From Myxococcota bacterium (GTDB taxonomy: Bacteria; Myxococcota_A; UBA9160; SZUA-336), in contig CBDFGR010000002.1 in the NCBI GenBank assembly GCA_965247115.1, positions 992,001 to 1,056,000 of the forward strand: a stretch of DNA of 64,000 bases, in the 5' to 3' direction. The notes under the pieces were generated by a model. It did not search any database. It saw only the letters and a list, made by a program, of their open reading frames with translations, and was not told the DNA's origin. Below are positions 61,848 through 64,000 of the stretch, in pieces; the first letter of the stretch is position 1; each line of letters starts with the position of its first letter. The position numbers and the translations under genes are program-made.

Positions 61848-62450
61848 CTAGTAGTTTCGCAGCAGCCCGATCACCACGCCCTGAACCTCGACGTCCTCAG
61901 CCGCGAGCTCCAGCGGCTGTAGCCTCTCGTTCGCCGGGACGAGCCTGATCTTGCCTCCATCTCGGTAGAGCCGCTTGAGAGTACACTCCTCTCGACGGAT
62001 CAGCGCAACCACGGTCTCCCCGTCGCGCGGAATCTGCCTTGACTCCAGCACGACGACATCGCCGTCGAGAATGTGATCCTCGATCATCGAGTCGCCGCGG
62101 ACGCGCAGCGCAAAGCACGCCTTGTTGCCGACGATCTCCGGCGGGACCACGATGCGGTCCGGAGTGGAGACAGCCTCGATGGGCGCGCCCGCCGCGACAA
62201 GGCCGAGCAGCGGCACCTCGACGCTCTCCGGAGGCGCTGAGCGATCGACGATCTCGATAGAACGGCTGCGATTCCAGGCCTTCCGGAGCAATCCCTTCTG
62301 GACCAGGTTCTGGACGTGCTTGTGCACGGTTGCGACCGACGAGAGGTCGAACTCCTCGCCGATCTCCTCCAGGCTCGGCGCGTATCCCTCGCGGCCGAGG
62401 TAGGAGCAGATGTAGTCGAAGATCTCCTTCTGCCGTTTGGTCAGATGCAT
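61848..62450 (-). CDS. lexA: SOS repressor LexA
   Basis: 'LT.RQ', 'PS..EI', Ala-Gly site 'VAAG', catalytic 'GDSM' and 'TLKR'. Confidence 0.96.
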   Translation of the reverse strand: MHLTKRQKEIFDYICSYLGREGYAPSLEEIGEEFDLSSVATVHKHVQNLVQKGLLRKAWNRSRSIEIVDRSAPPESVEVPLLGLVAAGAPIEAVSTPDRIVVPPEIVGNKACFALRVRGDSMIEDHILDGDVVVLESRQIPRDGETVVALIRREECTLKRLYRDGGKIRLVPANERLQPLELAAEDVEVQGVVIGLLRNY

Positions 62451-62535
62451 TGCTCTTCCCCCCCGAGACCCGTACTCCCCGACAGGGCGGCCAGGAAGCC
62501 AATGGAGCCCGCCCATACCCAACTACGTCAACTAG

Positions 62536-62564
62536 ACATTATTCGAAGAAAGAGCGAAAATCAA
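62536..62564 (-). promoter_or_regulatory. lexA promoter with candidate operator
   Basis: Minus strand TTGATT-17 bp-TAATGT; spacer contains TTCG-N7-TTCG. Confidence 0.55.
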
Positions 62565-62576
62565 CCTGGGCAACCC

Positions 62577-62780
62577 GCAAGCGCCGCGTAGCGGCGCGCG
62601 CAGCGAAGGCCGTAGGCCTGAGCGAAGGTGGGTGGCCGCGAGCCGCGCCGAAGGCGCGGTGCGCAGTGAGGCGATAGCCGAACGAAGAGCGGGTGGCCGT
62701 CAGCGGCCCGCGGGTCGCTGACCCGCGGGAGGACCGCTCGCGCGCCGGGGAAGTGCCGCGCGCGGCCGGGTCCCACAGGA
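62577..62780 (-). repeat. expanded module A' with extra internal hairpins
   Basis: Both ends match module A'; ~110-bp insert contains CCGCGCC-GAA-GGCGCGG and CCCGCGGGTC-GCT-GACCCGCGGG. Confidence 0.85.
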
Positions 62781-62788
62781 AGATAAAG

Positions 62789-62816
62789 TTGACAGCGCCG
62801 GATGCCGCCCTATCGT
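62789..62816 (+). promoter_or_regulatory. groESL promoter
   Basis: TTGACA-16 bp-TATCGT directly before the CIRCE element. Confidence 0.6.
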
Positions 62817-62826
62817 GGCACGAGCG

Positions 62827-62853
62827 TTGGCACTCGCGAGTGGAGAGTGCCAG
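62827..62853 (+). promoter_or_regulatory. CIRCE element (HrcA operator)
   Basis: TTGGCACTC-N9-GAGTGCCAG versus consensus TTAGCACTC-N9-GAGTGCTAA, upstream of groES. Confidence 0.9.
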
Positions 62854-62918
62854 TGAGCTCGCAGACACGCCGTGACGCTGCTCGATACAGCCTCGGTGTA
62901 GCAAGGGAGACGCAACTG

Positions 62919-64000
<1,082 letters not shown>

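Noticed and set aside
62577..62780. tRNA or riboswitch in the lexA-groES spacer
   Set aside because: No cloverleaf or T-loop consensus; ends match repeat module A and it lies upstream of both predicted promoters

Overview
High-GC (~68% by eye) bacterial chromosomal segment; gene content and style suggest Myxococcota or a related deltaproteobacterial lineage (inference). Most of it is housekeeping: pyrF, a complete MoxR-DUF58-VWA (Bat-type) operon, plsC, clpS-clpA, mazG, an ECF sigma/anti-sigma pair behind polA, acpP, cysK, rnhB, lpxD, a macro-ccsA-hemA-hemC-cobA/hemD-hemB operon, trxA, mreBCD-mrdA-rodA, ppiD, a region-1.1-less sigma70, folE with two PTPS paralogues, lexA, and CIRCE-groES-groEL. 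A small accessory block (19-28 kb) holds catabolic oxidoreductases, a stand-alone Y1/HUH (RAYT-like) transposase and a decayed tetR-efflux module. The strongest unexplained signal is a modular multi-hairpin intergenic repeat family at seven loci. It has a ~93-bp GNA-loop hairpin module (A) starting CTTGTGG and a 32-bp module (B) that forms a 156-bp MITE-like unit. Copies abut or supply stop codons, show stuttered ends, and in one case sit beside a strongly strand-skewed (C-to-T-like) gene tail. The HUH gene has two CACTTGTAG-hairpin motifs upstream that resemble the module A end, suggesting a RAYT/REP-like system of unusual architecture. No rRNA, tRNA or CRISPR array was seen. All calls come from manual reading, with no database searches.
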